A DNA stretch of 60,024 nt, the filler included. It is 4 parts of 4 records of this genome, joined end to end, with 100 filler letters (N's around TTAATTAATTAA, not from the genome) between each part and the next. Parts side by side here need not be neighbours in the genome. Positions count along the whole stretch, not along the records: positions 1 to 20,319 come from DRR723986_17650; 3 more parts are not named here. One strand, written 5' to 3'. The notes under the pieces were generated by a model. It worked only from the letters and a program-made list of their open reading frames with translations, made no database searches and was not told the origin of the DNA. The translations under genes were made by a program, and so were the position numbers. Shown here piece after piece: positions 9,959-18,879 of this stretch (position 1 is its first letter; each line of letters starts with the position of its first letter).

Positions 9959-11327
9959 TACCGGTTTGTTGTTGCGTCGCCCTTACGAAAGTGATTACGC
10001 GGCTTTTCGACGTTTCTTGGTGGCCAACCAGTTCGAAACCCCTATTAGGTTGAAGTCTGAATTACAGGCATGCGGGGAGCCGTCAGCTAGGATACATGGA
10101 AAACCGTGGATCGCACCCAAGGCCCAGGAGTGGGAGCGCAGGTTCTGCAGCGCGAACGACCTCACTTTTGCTTCAGCAACCCCCATTGATCATCGAGACC
10201 CACTTAGGAATTGCCCGGTTTGCGCGGCTCAGTGCTACCACTCGTTCCTATTTCAGTATCCCTGGGCAACGAAATGTCCCATTCACGATCAGGCTCTGAC
10301 CACTACATGCCCTTCTTGCAAGCAACCGTGGCCATCGCCAAGTGAACTGCTAAAACGATACTGTCGGTATTGCAGCGCCCGATTGTCGTTGGCGCATTTG
10401 GCTGGCAGTAACTCCTTTTCCGAACGTATGGATACACGTCATTTTGATGCGGTGAATTTAGCCTTAGAGCAGTTTGATCAAACACGCAAGCCAGTTTTAT
10501 CTGCGAAGTATGCTGGCGTTAACCAATACGGGAATCATTCTTGCGTCAGAACCGACCATCAGAACTGGCCCTCACTGGTAGCCCATAATGATTCTACTCG
10601 GCAAGCCGCTTTTCGGGCTTTTGGCGCGGATCTTTTTCCTGTCCAAGAACGGACCTTCGACATTGGCCCGGTGGCAGAGGACACGAAAACGAACCGATTT
10701 AGGGAAACTCGCTGGGAGACTCGGTTGTCCAGGTGGTTCGACGCAGACTTGCGTGAACAATTGCGCCACCGGTTCGGTGCCGAGGCGGCTGATGGGTCTG
10801 TTGATTTTCTCTTTGCCAACAGGTATTCCGTCGCCCACGTTGTGTATCTATGCCACATTAACTGGAGTGCAGTGGTCAACCAGCCACCCCGAAGACGTTC
10901 GCATCTGCCCTATGTATCCGGCTGCGAATTATTTGCTAAAAGGGAGTTCGGGATGCCTGGCACGCCCTGCTTTGTCACACATGTTGGGGAAGACATCCCT
11001 TCATCACCCGAATTGTTTGCACTGTCCGGGAATTCGCAACCGCGTCAGCTTTCGCGGCAGCTTCAGGTGTGGCTATACCGCTGTGACCTTTGGTGGACGT
11101 TCCTGGCCATGTTGCGATACTTAGATGCTGTTGCCGTGGGTATTGCTAGCGGCAGGGGCTGGCAGAAAATTTATCAGGACCTTCGAGGTGTGGGTGATCC
11201 ATATTCGTGGTATCGACCACGTTACTTTATTAACGAAAGTGAAGATGGTCATCTCATAATCCGCGTACCTAGCTGGGTTGCGAGCGTTGACAAAAGCGAT
11301 CTGAGACTACAGCTTGAAGACCTCTAG
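9951..11327 (+). CDS. tniQ: TniQ/TnsD-like target selector, 458 aa
   Basis: Zn-binding CPVC...YHSFLFQYPWATKCPIH...CPSC...CRYC; AAGGAG RBS before ATG 9951; long C-terminal extension. Confidence 0.8.
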   Translation: MVNTGLLLRRPYESDYAAFRRFLVANQFETPIRLKSELQACGEPSARIHGKPWIAPKAQEWERRFCSANDLTFASATPIDHRDPLRNCPVCAAQCYHSFLFQYPWATKCPIHDQALTTTCPSCKQPWPSPSELLKRYCRYCSARLSLAHLAGSNSFSERMDTRHFDAVNLALEQFDQTRKPVLSAKYAGVNQYGNHSCVRTDHQNWPSLVAHNDSTRQAAFRAFGADLFPVQERTFDIGPVAEDTKTNRFRETRWETRLSRWFDADLREQLRHRFGAEAADGSVDFLFANRYSVAHVVYLCHINWSAVVNQPPRRRSHLPYVSGCELFAKREFGMPGTPCFVTHVGEDIPSSPELFALSGNSQPRQLSRQLQVWLYRCDLWWTFLAMLRYLDAVAVGIASGRGWQKIYQDLRGVGDPYSWYRPRYFINESEDGHLIIRVPSWVASVDKSDLRLQLEDL

Positions 11328-11438
11328 CGGTTTTAAAGTGGTTGTCCGCGGGCGTGTTTGACTTGGTTTTCAGGATGGTGCGCTCGCTAATCAACCATCG
11401 TTGAGGCAACTCACCACCCTGGGGTGCCCACACCTACA

Positions 11439-11451
11439 CAGAAAGCGGTTT
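11439..11451 (+). repeat. 13-bp direct repeat CAGAAAGCGGTTT, copy 2 (overlaps the stop codon of the jetD-like gene)
   Basis: Identical to 6306-6318. Confidence 0.7.
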
Positions 11452-12304
11452 AGCTAGTGGGGAGCAGATCGAAATTCAGGATCGTGATGGGAAGATCGTG
11501 GGATAGGATGTGTTCCTGCATAACCGCAATTTTATTGTGAGCAATATGCCGCCTCATTGCTGGCGGAATACGGGTGTCTTGGGATAGCAGGTCTCTCTTA
11601 CTGATCTGTTTCATGTACTTGGTCGCGTTGTTGTAAGGGGAGCGATTCACAATGGCTCTCCAGTTTCTGGGAACAATGCATCTTTGAGCCTCGTATTGTC
11701 GGGTCATATCGATCCCTTCCGGATCAAAGTCAAAGAAAGGTATGATCAGAGCCCTGTCGGGCACTTCACGTACCCACTTCTTGATCTCCGGTAGGTTGAT
11801 GCCGTGGCCCCGGTATAAAACAATCGGATTTGGAATGTCGTCGGGCCATCGGATAGTTTCCAGGTGCGCCATCATCGCACCGTTCTCCATGATCACAATT
11901 GGATCTGACACGGTTTTTGGCGGCATCATCTTATCGATTGAGACACAGGCGAGGGCGCCGGCCGGCAGTTCCCCCATTTCTTTAATAGGGACACTCCCAC
12001 CCTTAGGGCGACCGGCGATGACCATTGAGTCGAACACCCCTCCCCTGGCCAACTTCTCATTCACCGACACAGCGGATTGCTCCACCCTGCCCTCTTTCAG
12101 TGTATCCATGGTTGGATCAAACCCTGCCTCCCGGATCACAAAGGAACGCAGCCGCTCCATGTCGGCCTGTGTGAATCGTATTTTTTTTCCTTCAATGTCA
12201 CCGGCCTCGGTAATCTGGCATATTCGTTTCCAGGTCTGATTGGCCGAAACCTCACGTTTGCCTGAAATCAGGGCCTTTCGAATTGCCTCTATCTCACGAC
12301 GCAT
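11450..12304 (-). CDS. jetD: Toprim-domain nuclease, JetD/MksG-like
   Basis: IVIMENG (Toprim Glu), LYRG and FFDFDPEG (DxD); last gene of the SMC operon and overlaps the upstream gene. Confidence 0.7.
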   Translation of the reverse strand: MRREIEAIRKALISGKREVSANQTWKRICQITEAGDIEGKKIRFTQADMERLRSFVIREAGFDPTMDTLKEGRVEQSAVSVNEKLARGGVFDSMVIAGRPKGGSVPIKEMGELPAGALACVSIDKMMPPKTVSDPIVIMENGAMMAHLETIRWPDDIPNPIVLYRGHGINLPEIKKWVREVPDRALIIPFFDFDPEGIDMTRQYEAQRCIVPRNWRAIVNRSPYNNATKYMKQISKRDLLSQDTRIPPAMRRHIAHNKIAVMQEHILSHDLPITILNFDLLPTS

Positions 12305-13532
12305 AGGTAGGCCTGAGGATGATGTCTGTGACGAACATGTTGTCCCAGTAAACTGGGTCTTCGATGCCTTTGTACTCCAGCCTCACACGGCTCCGCTGCT
12401 CCGGCGGCAATGAACTTACGTCGGTAGCGATCATTTGTAGCCATGAAGGAAGGTCTATGTCGACCTCCAGGACGCTTCTGGACTTCTTGGCGCTAACGGT
12501 GACCCCCTCCTCAAGGACCACGGTCATTATCTCTTCAATGGCCTTCTGGGCAGGATCAATTTCCATTCTTTCTTCATCGGGCCCGTCGGGCATGTCGATG
12601 GCTTGCCTTTGTGCCTCCTGGACCAGCTCCTCTTCCTCAGGAACCTTACGAATGCCGTTGGCCAGATCGGCTAGCAGAATCTCCTGGTCCGGGTCGTTGA
12701 TGTCGGCGTAAGCATGAACTTTTAATGACGACGTGCGGTTGATCGCTGAGGGGCAGATGGCCAGGTCGATATCGTCAATGTCCGGTCGAAAACCCGGGTC
12801 ATTCGCATAGACAGATTCGAAGCTGGCAAGCAGTTTGACCATCCGCTGCTCGCTTCTCAGCCTGCTGAGAAGCTTTCGCAGTTGGTAAAGTGAATGGCCG
12901 AGGTCCTTACGGCTCTTCTCCAGCGCCGCCGGCAAATGTTTGAGCAGCAATTTCTCCAGAAAGGGAGAGCCAATGCTGAGGTGGGCCATCTCATCCAAAG
13001 AAAAGCTGTCGAAGAGGACGTTTAGCGCATGCGCCCGAGAAAGAACCCGGTCATTTTCCTTGATCTTGAGTTCCAGGTTGTTGATGTAGGCTAGTTCGCT
13101 GGTCACATAGTGGTTAAAGCTTGTGGCTGCCAGACGTATGTCTTCAATCAGCTCCAATATTCTCTCGGGGATCTCCTCTTCAAGACGGCTTCGGTCCTCG
13201 AACAGACCTTTTTTGACAGCGATGTGGTAGGCGTCAAACTTGTCCTGGAGATACTGCCATTGGCCAGCGATGTGCTCATGGGCAGAGTGCCGCCTCTGAT
13301 TCTCGGTGACATGGTCGAGCAGACGGGATACCACGTTCCTTAGCTGGTAGTTTTCACTGTCATCGAGGCGCCAAAGTATGCGGTACTTCTTTAAGCTTCC
13401 AATGAGGGATTCATTATCGGCCGTGTCCTCAATCTGACCGCTCTTTCTGAGGAAGGCCTCAAGGATATCGTCTGCGTGGGTACCTAGTGCCCTCAATGCT
13501 GACTTAGCGTTTCCCGCCTTTCCCTTGCTCAT
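12294..13532 (-). CDS. MksF/JetA-like kleisin subunit
   Basis: 412-aa predicted helical protein inside the SMC operon, overlapping both neighbours; assigned by position and size. Confidence 0.55.
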   Translation of the reverse strand: MSKGKAGNAKSALRALGTHADDILEAFLRKSGQIEDTADNESLIGSLKKYRILWRLDDSENYQLRNVVSRLLDHVTENQRRHSAHEHIAGQWQYLQDKFDAYHIAVKKGLFEDRSRLEEEIPERILELIEDIRLAATSFNHYVTSELAYINNLELKIKENDRVLSRAHALNVLFDSFSLDEMAHLSIGSPFLEKLLLKHLPAALEKSRKDLGHSLYQLRKLLSRLRSEQRMVKLLASFESVYANDPGFRPDIDDIDLAICPSAINRTSSLKVHAYADINDPDQEILLADLANGIRKVPEEEELVQEAQRQAIDMPDGPDEERMEIDPAQKAIEEIMTVVLEEGVTVSAKKSRSVLEVDIDLPSWLQMIATDVSSLPPEQRSRVRLEYKGIEDPVYWDNMFVTDIILRPTYAS

Positions 13533-14170
13533 TCAAGCAGCCCCATCTGATCGTCACCGGCGACTTCCGGCTCAGGAAGATTCTCGTGAGTCTTGATGAA
13601 AGCCATGACGTCGTAAAGCCAACTCCATTTCCCTGTTGCCCTGTAACGAGTGCCTGCGGTACCGATCTTTACCAGGTACCCTTCATCTACCAGCTTCGTC
13701 ATGACAGAGGAAAGTCGCCCTTTGCTTTCTGCATGCCTGGAAAGGAAGAGTCCCGATTTAACCAGTGCATCCAGCTTGCTTTCCAGAGTTGGCACTTGCT
13801 CTATGTGCGTTTGCATCTCGGACTCTGAGACGATCTCCCCGGGAACAATAGGCCTCTCTGATCCGGTGACATCCATGACCAAGCGAAGCCATTTAACCAG
13901 CGGCTCAATCTGATTCACTACTAGAGAAAACTCTGACTTTATCGCCTCTCTTGCCTTGGGATTGGACGAATCAGAATAGGCCAGGAGAAATGATGATCGG
14001 TCCTGGGTCGATCGGACCTGGCGGTTGAGCATTTCCAGAGTGAGGTTCATCCGGCTAAGGTATTCTTCAAACTGGAGGATGTTGTGTTCCTCCGGATATC
14101 GATGCTCGCAGATTATTTCGCCGGCCAGCAGCAGTCTGAAGGCTGATTCGAACACGGGGTTATACGACAT
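13529..14170 (-). CDS. MksE/JetB-like KITE subunit
   Basis: 213 aa; LLAGEIICE N-terminus and winged-helix-like C-terminus (LVDEGYLV...YRATGK). Confidence 0.65.
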   Translation of the reverse strand: MSYNPVFESAFRLLLAGEIICEHRYPEEHNILQFEEYLSRMNLTLEMLNRQVRSTQDRSSFLLAYSDSSNPKAREAIKSEFSLVVNQIEPLVKWLRLVMDVTGSERPIVPGEIVSESEMQTHIEQVPTLESKLDALVKSGLFLSRHAESKGRLSSVMTKLVDEGYLVKIGTAGTRYRATGKWSWLYDVMAFIKTHENLPEPEVAGDDQMGLLE

Positions 14171-17100
14171 CGGACGTCTCCTCCGTAAAGGCCAGCTTGC
14201 TCTTCAACTGATTTCTTCGCTCCTGGCTCATCTTGATCGCCTCATCTTCGGTGTACTGGACAACTCTGCCGGGCAGAACCCCCATCTTGTTCTCAAAGAA
14301 TCGACTCAAGGCCTGGCTCAGATCCGGACAGGCAGACATCATGGTGAGATTGTTCTTCTCCAGCATGTCGGCGAGCTTGGGAATATTGTTATTGCTCAGT
14401 GTCGCTAATTCATCGACCGGCCATGTGATTCTCACCTTGTCATCCGGGCAGAGGAAACGCGTCATCCCCATGAAAATTACCATGATTGCCAAATAACTGA
14501 GGCCCTTTGAGCTGCTGTCCTCGAAATCCACTTCTGAACGTATAATGGTATCCCGGCCGCCTTCCTTCATGGCAATGTGAACATCGACCATCGTCTTGAT
14601 ATCGGTACCGAGTTTGGCTTCCTTGAGCGTGTCCTGGACCAATCGGAAAAGTCGAATGATTTCATCATTGGGAAGGTGTCGATGGTTGAGCGACGACCAG
14701 TCTTTCCAGGTCATGGAAAAATCCTTCAGTGGTCCCCAGCTCTTATCATCCTGAACCTTCGGAGTCAGCACGATTCTGATGTCTTCCAACGATTCAATCT
14801 GCTGATCGGTGTTGATGTTCTTGTCCAGAATCGACGCGACAGACTTCACCTTCCGGGTCAGATTCTGAAGACCTTCAAAGTAGGCAACGAGCTTTCCAGA
14901 TTCATTGAAGAAGTGTTCCCTGGCCGCCGATTCCAGCTGAGGAATGTTGGACTCAATCAGTGTTCTCAAGGCTTCCACATGCCGGATGGCCATCTCTTCG
15001 GCATCCATATTTTCAGGCGTAGCAAGCATGGCATTTCGGTGCTCAATGATCTCTTCCCAGGTTTTGTGAATCTGGGTTCCCGTATAATTGTGAATGACAG
15101 CCTGGGCGCTACGGAAGGACTGGAAGACCTGCTTCTTCAGCTTCGCGAGTTCGGCCAGCTGATTGCTCAAGGTTTGGGTTAGCGATCCAATCTCGGAAAC
15201 CCTACCTTCAAGACCAAAGGGTTCATCAGAGAACCGATCGACAATGGTCTGGGCATCGGTGATCTTCTTGTCGAGCTCACTGACCTCTTTTGCCAGTGCC
15301 TTCCTCTTATTCAGGCGGACCTGATTTTCGTCATCGAAGGCTTTCTGCTTCTGGTAGTCGTCGGTCTTGAGCTTGTTGTGTTCAGCCTTGGCGCTACTGT
15401 GCTGTTCATTCAGGTTGCTTAGCCTCGACCATTCATTTCTCAGCCAGAGCTCATACTCTACGACCCGTTCTTTCGACTGCGCGATCGCTTCTTCCCTGGA
15501 AACCAGTTCCTCAATATCCTTGTGGAGCATGGAAACATAGTCAGGATCGACACCATGTTCTGAACAAGCCTGAACGAAAAGCTCGTTCATCTTCTCAAGC
15601 GTTTTATTATGGTCTTCGATCGCAGTGTTGATTCGGCCCTCGATCTTTCCCTTTTCATCGTTCAGATCCTGAATTGTGCCCTGCCAGCTGGATCTCAATT
15701 CCATTTCATCCTCAAGGTATCGTCCTTTAATCTCTTCCTTTCCATCGGCAGTATCTGTGCGGTACTTATCTAGGTCGCCCGAAACCTTTTTCAGCTCTTC
15801 TTTGCATTCAAGCTTTCGGATTTCGACGTTCTTGAGCAATTCCCGCTTGAGGTTTTTAAGATGACCCTTTCTGGTTTCCAGAAGGTTATGCTTCTGGCTC
15901 AGCTTTACCCGGGCATCGTCTACAGCCTTTGATTTCTCAGCATGGGCAGAGGCTGCCTTCACAGTGGCTTTCTTGGCATCTTCGTGGGCGCGCGTGGCCA
16001 TTGTGACGCTGGCATTAGAACGATCAATGCGTTCCTTTATCTTCGACTCACCCTCAGCCACTTCCGGAAGCTCGATCGCACCAAAATCCAATGTCCACCC
16101 AAACACTCTCCATTGTTTGAGATTCGGATCGAACGATGGCGCAAGATCCTTCCTCATGAGCAGTTCCGGGCGGATTATTTTTCCAAGCGTCGAACCCCAC
16201 TCGGGGTCGATTTCTCGCAATTCGCTCAACCAGGTACCCGGCTCAGGATTGAGGCGAGCCATTAGTTCGTCACGCTCACCAATCCTTGAGCTCAGGATTC
16301 TTTTTGCGCCGGATTCCTTCTCAAGGCAAGCGTCATAATCAGACTTGGCTTTGATCTCTTCTTTGAGTGATTCTCCAAGTGCCGCATCGGCCTCCTGGTA
16401 ATCTTCAAAAGCCTGATCCACGTTTGTGGTGGCCTCATCGATCCGAGCTTGCTCTTCAGCCAGATAGCCTGCGTTTTCAATTTTCGATTCGAGCACCGCT
16501 TTTCTCGAATTGAGTTCTGTCTCCCGGGCTTGCCGATCGCTTACATACTTCAATGCCTCCTCGGTCTGCTTCTTTCCGAGCGAGGTAATTTCGTTATTCA
16601 TTCGGGATTCGGATGTCAGAATCTCCCTTTCCTTGTTTGAGTATTGCTTTCGAAGAGAATCCAGCTGCCGATCATGATCTTTGCTGATGCGATTGACCTC
16701 GGCCTCATACTCCCTGCGGAATTGATCGACTTTCTCTGTCACTTTCTCAAGTAGGGTCCTGAGCTCTGCCAGCTGCTTCTTTATATCAGGTAGAGTTTTG
16801 AGCGCAGCCGCCTTCCCGGGCAAATCCTCCTCACGGTATTCACTATCCTTTTCATGCAGGCGATTCAGCTGACCATCGATGCTTTCCTTGCGAATTCTCG
16901 CTTGCTCGATGAGGCGATAACGTTCGCTTCGGGCCTTGTTGAATTCAGCCTCCAGATTCTCGATGGACTCTTTTAGCCTTCCGAGCTCCTGGCGCTTTGC
17001 ATCAAGCCGGTCCCTTTCAATTTTCATAGTGGCAATCAGATCGAGCTTCACCTGGAGTGCTTCGTCTCTGAGGGCGAGCCGCTTTTGGTCATCAACCAGG

Positions 17101-17888
17101 CACCGGCGGATCCGATCCGTCTCCTGGGAAAAAGCCTTCAGACTGTTGATTTCTGAAATGAGGTTGTCGGCGTCGAACGAAACCGGTGCCGTGTTCAGGT
17201 GAACGTCCTGAAACATGGTTTCACAGATCATGGTTTTAAAGTTGCCCATCAGGTTGTTCTTGTTCAGAACCACGTGAGCCAGCTTATGGATAAATCTCAT
17301 CTTGGTCTCTGGGCCTCCAAGACCAAACTCCATCGCTTCCGCGCGCAATACTCGGCTATCTGCGCCCTTCCTGCGAATCAACTCGGGATCCCGCTGAATG
17401 ATGGCGCGGTAGTCTTGAATTGTGAGTATCTGACGAGAAACTCGGACGTCCGATTCCTTCAGAAGGTCGATGGCCTCCTGGGCAGACGCTCCTTCCCGGA
17501 GCTTTTCGGATATGGATTCCGAGAAAATGGTTTCGTCGGCAGCGCCTTTGATAAAGCGATAGCACACCTTATTGGAACGGTGCCGATACAGAACAACGCA
17601 GCAAAAGCCCTCTGCCTGGGTGTATTCGAAAATAATCATCGACTGGGGCGACGAAAGGTAGAATTCGAGAAAGGAGGACTTACTGCCGGCTTTCGAAACC
17701 AGCCTCTCTGGCTCTTCCCCATAGAATACGGGGATCAGCGATAGGATGCTCGTTTTGCCGGCGCCATTGTCTCCAGACAAATGGGTCCGTTCTCGACAGG
17801 GCACCCGTACAGTTTTCCCGGCCATTTTCTTAAAGGTGTGATGCAGAATTACTTCTTCAAGGCCAAGGGTTTGTCCTGTTCGTGCCAC
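14160..17888 (-). CDS. MksB/JetC-like SMC ATPase
   Basis: Walker A SGDNGAGKTS, long coiled coils, degenerate signature SSSKGLS, Walker B WPVDE; 1242 aa. Confidence 0.85.
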   Translation of the reverse strand: MARTGQTLGLEEVILHHTFKKMAGKTVRVPCRERTHLSGDNGAGKTSILSLIPVFYGEEPERLVSKAGSKSSFLEFYLSSPQSMIIFEYTQAEGFCCVVLYRHRSNKVCYRFIKGAADETIFSESISEKLREGASAQEAIDLLKESDVRVSRQILTIQDYRAIIQRDPELIRRKGADSRVLRAEAMEFGLGGPETKMRFIHKLAHVVLNKNNLMGNFKTMICETMFQDVHLNTAPVSFDADNLISEINSLKAFSQETDRIRRCLVDDQKRLALRDEALQVKLDLIATMKIERDRLDAKRQELGRLKESIENLEAEFNKARSERYRLIEQARIRKESIDGQLNRLHEKDSEYREEDLPGKAAALKTLPDIKKQLAELRTLLEKVTEKVDQFRREYEAEVNRISKDHDRQLDSLRKQYSNKEREILTSESRMNNEITSLGKKQTEEALKYVSDRQARETELNSRKAVLESKIENAGYLAEEQARIDEATTNVDQAFEDYQEADAALGESLKEEIKAKSDYDACLEKESGAKRILSSRIGERDELMARLNPEPGTWLSELREIDPEWGSTLGKIIRPELLMRKDLAPSFDPNLKQWRVFGWTLDFGAIELPEVAEGESKIKERIDRSNASVTMATRAHEDAKKATVKAASAHAEKSKAVDDARVKLSQKHNLLETRKGHLKNLKRELLKNVEIRKLECKEELKKVSGDLDKYRTDTADGKEEIKGRYLEDEMELRSSWQGTIQDLNDEKGKIEGRINTAIEDHNKTLEKMNELFVQACSEHGVDPDYVSMLHKDIEELVSREEAIAQSKERVVEYELWLRNEWSRLSNLNEQHSSAKAEHNKLKTDDYQKQKAFDDENQVRLNKRKALAKEVSELDKKITDAQTIVDRFSDEPFGLEGRVSEIGSLTQTLSNQLAELAKLKKQVFQSFRSAQAVIHNYTGTQIHKTWEEIIEHRNAMLATPENMDAEEMAIRHVEALRTLIESNIPQLESAAREHFFNESGKLVAYFEGLQNLTRKVKSVASILDKNINTDQQIESLEDIRIVLTPKVQDDKSWGPLKDFSMTWKDWSSLNHRHLPNDEIIRLFRLVQDTLKEAKLGTDIKTMVDVHIAMKEGGRDTIIRSEVDFEDSSSKGLSYLAIMVIFMGMTRFLCPDDKVRITWPVDELATLSNNNIPKLADMLEKNNLTMMSACPDLSQALSRFFENKMGVLPGRVVQYTEDEAIKMSQERRNQLKSKLAFTEETSDVV

Positions 17889-18099
17889 AAGGAATCTCCG
17901 ATCCGCTAATTGTCATGTGGCACCATAGCGCGCTATCGAGGGACTGTCATCAAACTCGACACCCGGCGCAACCGGTCATTCTTTGGACACAAAGATGGGA
18001 AATGCTTCCCACAATCCATGATCGGGAAAGTGGCCGGCATCCGCCGGATCTGCGATGTAGTGTCGATCGGGATAGTAGCCCAGCTGACGAGTCCAAGTT

Positions 18100-18382
18100 T
18101 ACCCGTGGTCCTTGGTTTTTAGCCTAACGATATCGGCGCTCGCTTCGTATCAATTCCTGTATGGGCCGATCATTACTTTATAAGCACTGACCCGCTCCCC
18201 TCTAGTTGAACAGCTTCTTAGGTAGGGAAGGCCCCGGTCGCAGAGCAAACAATTGATTCACCGAATCAGGGTTTGTGAAAATGGCCTCCAAGTTACGCTC
18301 GGATCTGTCAGACCTATCGGAGAACTGCAGTTGAAAGCTTGCTCCTTTCCTTCAGGGTTGACGAATGAAAGCAAGTGAGCAT
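18100..18382 (-). pseudogene. Decayed RelE/StbE-like toxin remnant
   Basis: Immediately after the antitoxin stop: MLTCFHSSTLKERSKLSTAVLR*, then in shifted frames LEAIFTNP, AVQLEGSG and SAYKVMIGPYRN*YE, all resembling RelE segments but broken by stops and frameshifts. Confidence 0.5.
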
Positions 18383-18631
18383 TCAAAATTCATTAAGATC
18401 AACTCGTATGCTGGATTCTGCACTGCGATCATTAACAACCGCAATCAACTCCTGATCATCCAGTCTGTCGAGCATAGCCTCGTAAGCTGCAGCCGGAACG
18501 CAGTAAAAAACGGGTTTATTCCGATTCAAAACAGCGATTGGAAATCCCTTACCAGAATCTACTGCCGCCATAGGGTTTCTTTTAAGCTCCGAGATGCTTA
18601 CCGCAACCTCAGATAAGATTTGATTGGTCAT
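18383..18631 (-). CDS. Phd/YefM (StbD/YafN-like) type II antitoxin
   Basis: SISELKRNPM...PIAVLNRNKPVFYCVPAAAYEAMLDRLDDQEL; GGAG RBS before ATG 18631. Confidence 0.9.
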   Translation of the reverse strand: MTNQILSEVAVSISELKRNPMAAVDSGKGFPIAVLNRNKPVFYCVPAAAYEAMLDRLDDQELIAVVNDRSAESSIRVDLNEF

Positions 18632-18835
18632 GTAAATGTCTCCATATAGCGCCCCATTCACAATTTACTGACTCCAGTGCCCCAGTGCACGGTTAAGTTT
18701 AGCGGGGGCGTCTACATAGCCAACATTCTTTGGTAGATTTGGTCGCAAAGCGAACGTTCAGGCAAATAGAATTTGGAATATGCGCAGTAGACGGGTAGGC
18801 ACTCTGCGAATGATCGTGATAACCGGTAAAGACGT

Positions 18836-18875
18836 GATAGCAAGGTGCCAGGCCGAATCTTGGCACCTTGCTATC
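18836..18875 (-). terminator. 15-bp perfect stem-loop just after the cusA stop
   Basis: GATAGCAAGGTGCCA-N10-TGGCACCTTGCTATC; U-tract is weak. Confidence 0.5.
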
Positions 18876-18879
18876 GGCG

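Larger units (their letters stand above)
6412..11327 (+). mobile_element. Tn7-like transposition module tnsA-tnsB-tnsC-tniQ/tnsD (ends not resolved)
   Basis: Four co-oriented, overlapping or closely spaced genes with TnsA, DDE, AAA+ and TniQ motifs. Confidence 0.85.

Noticed and set aside
11328-11445. Tn7 terminal repeat ending ...CCTACACA
   Set aside because: I could not find a matching TGT end, an array of TnsB sites or a 5-bp TSD, so the ends remain unassigned.
6412-17888. CRISPR-associated transposon (CAST)
   Set aside because: No cas genes and no repeat-spacer array were seen near tniQ or elsewhere in the window.
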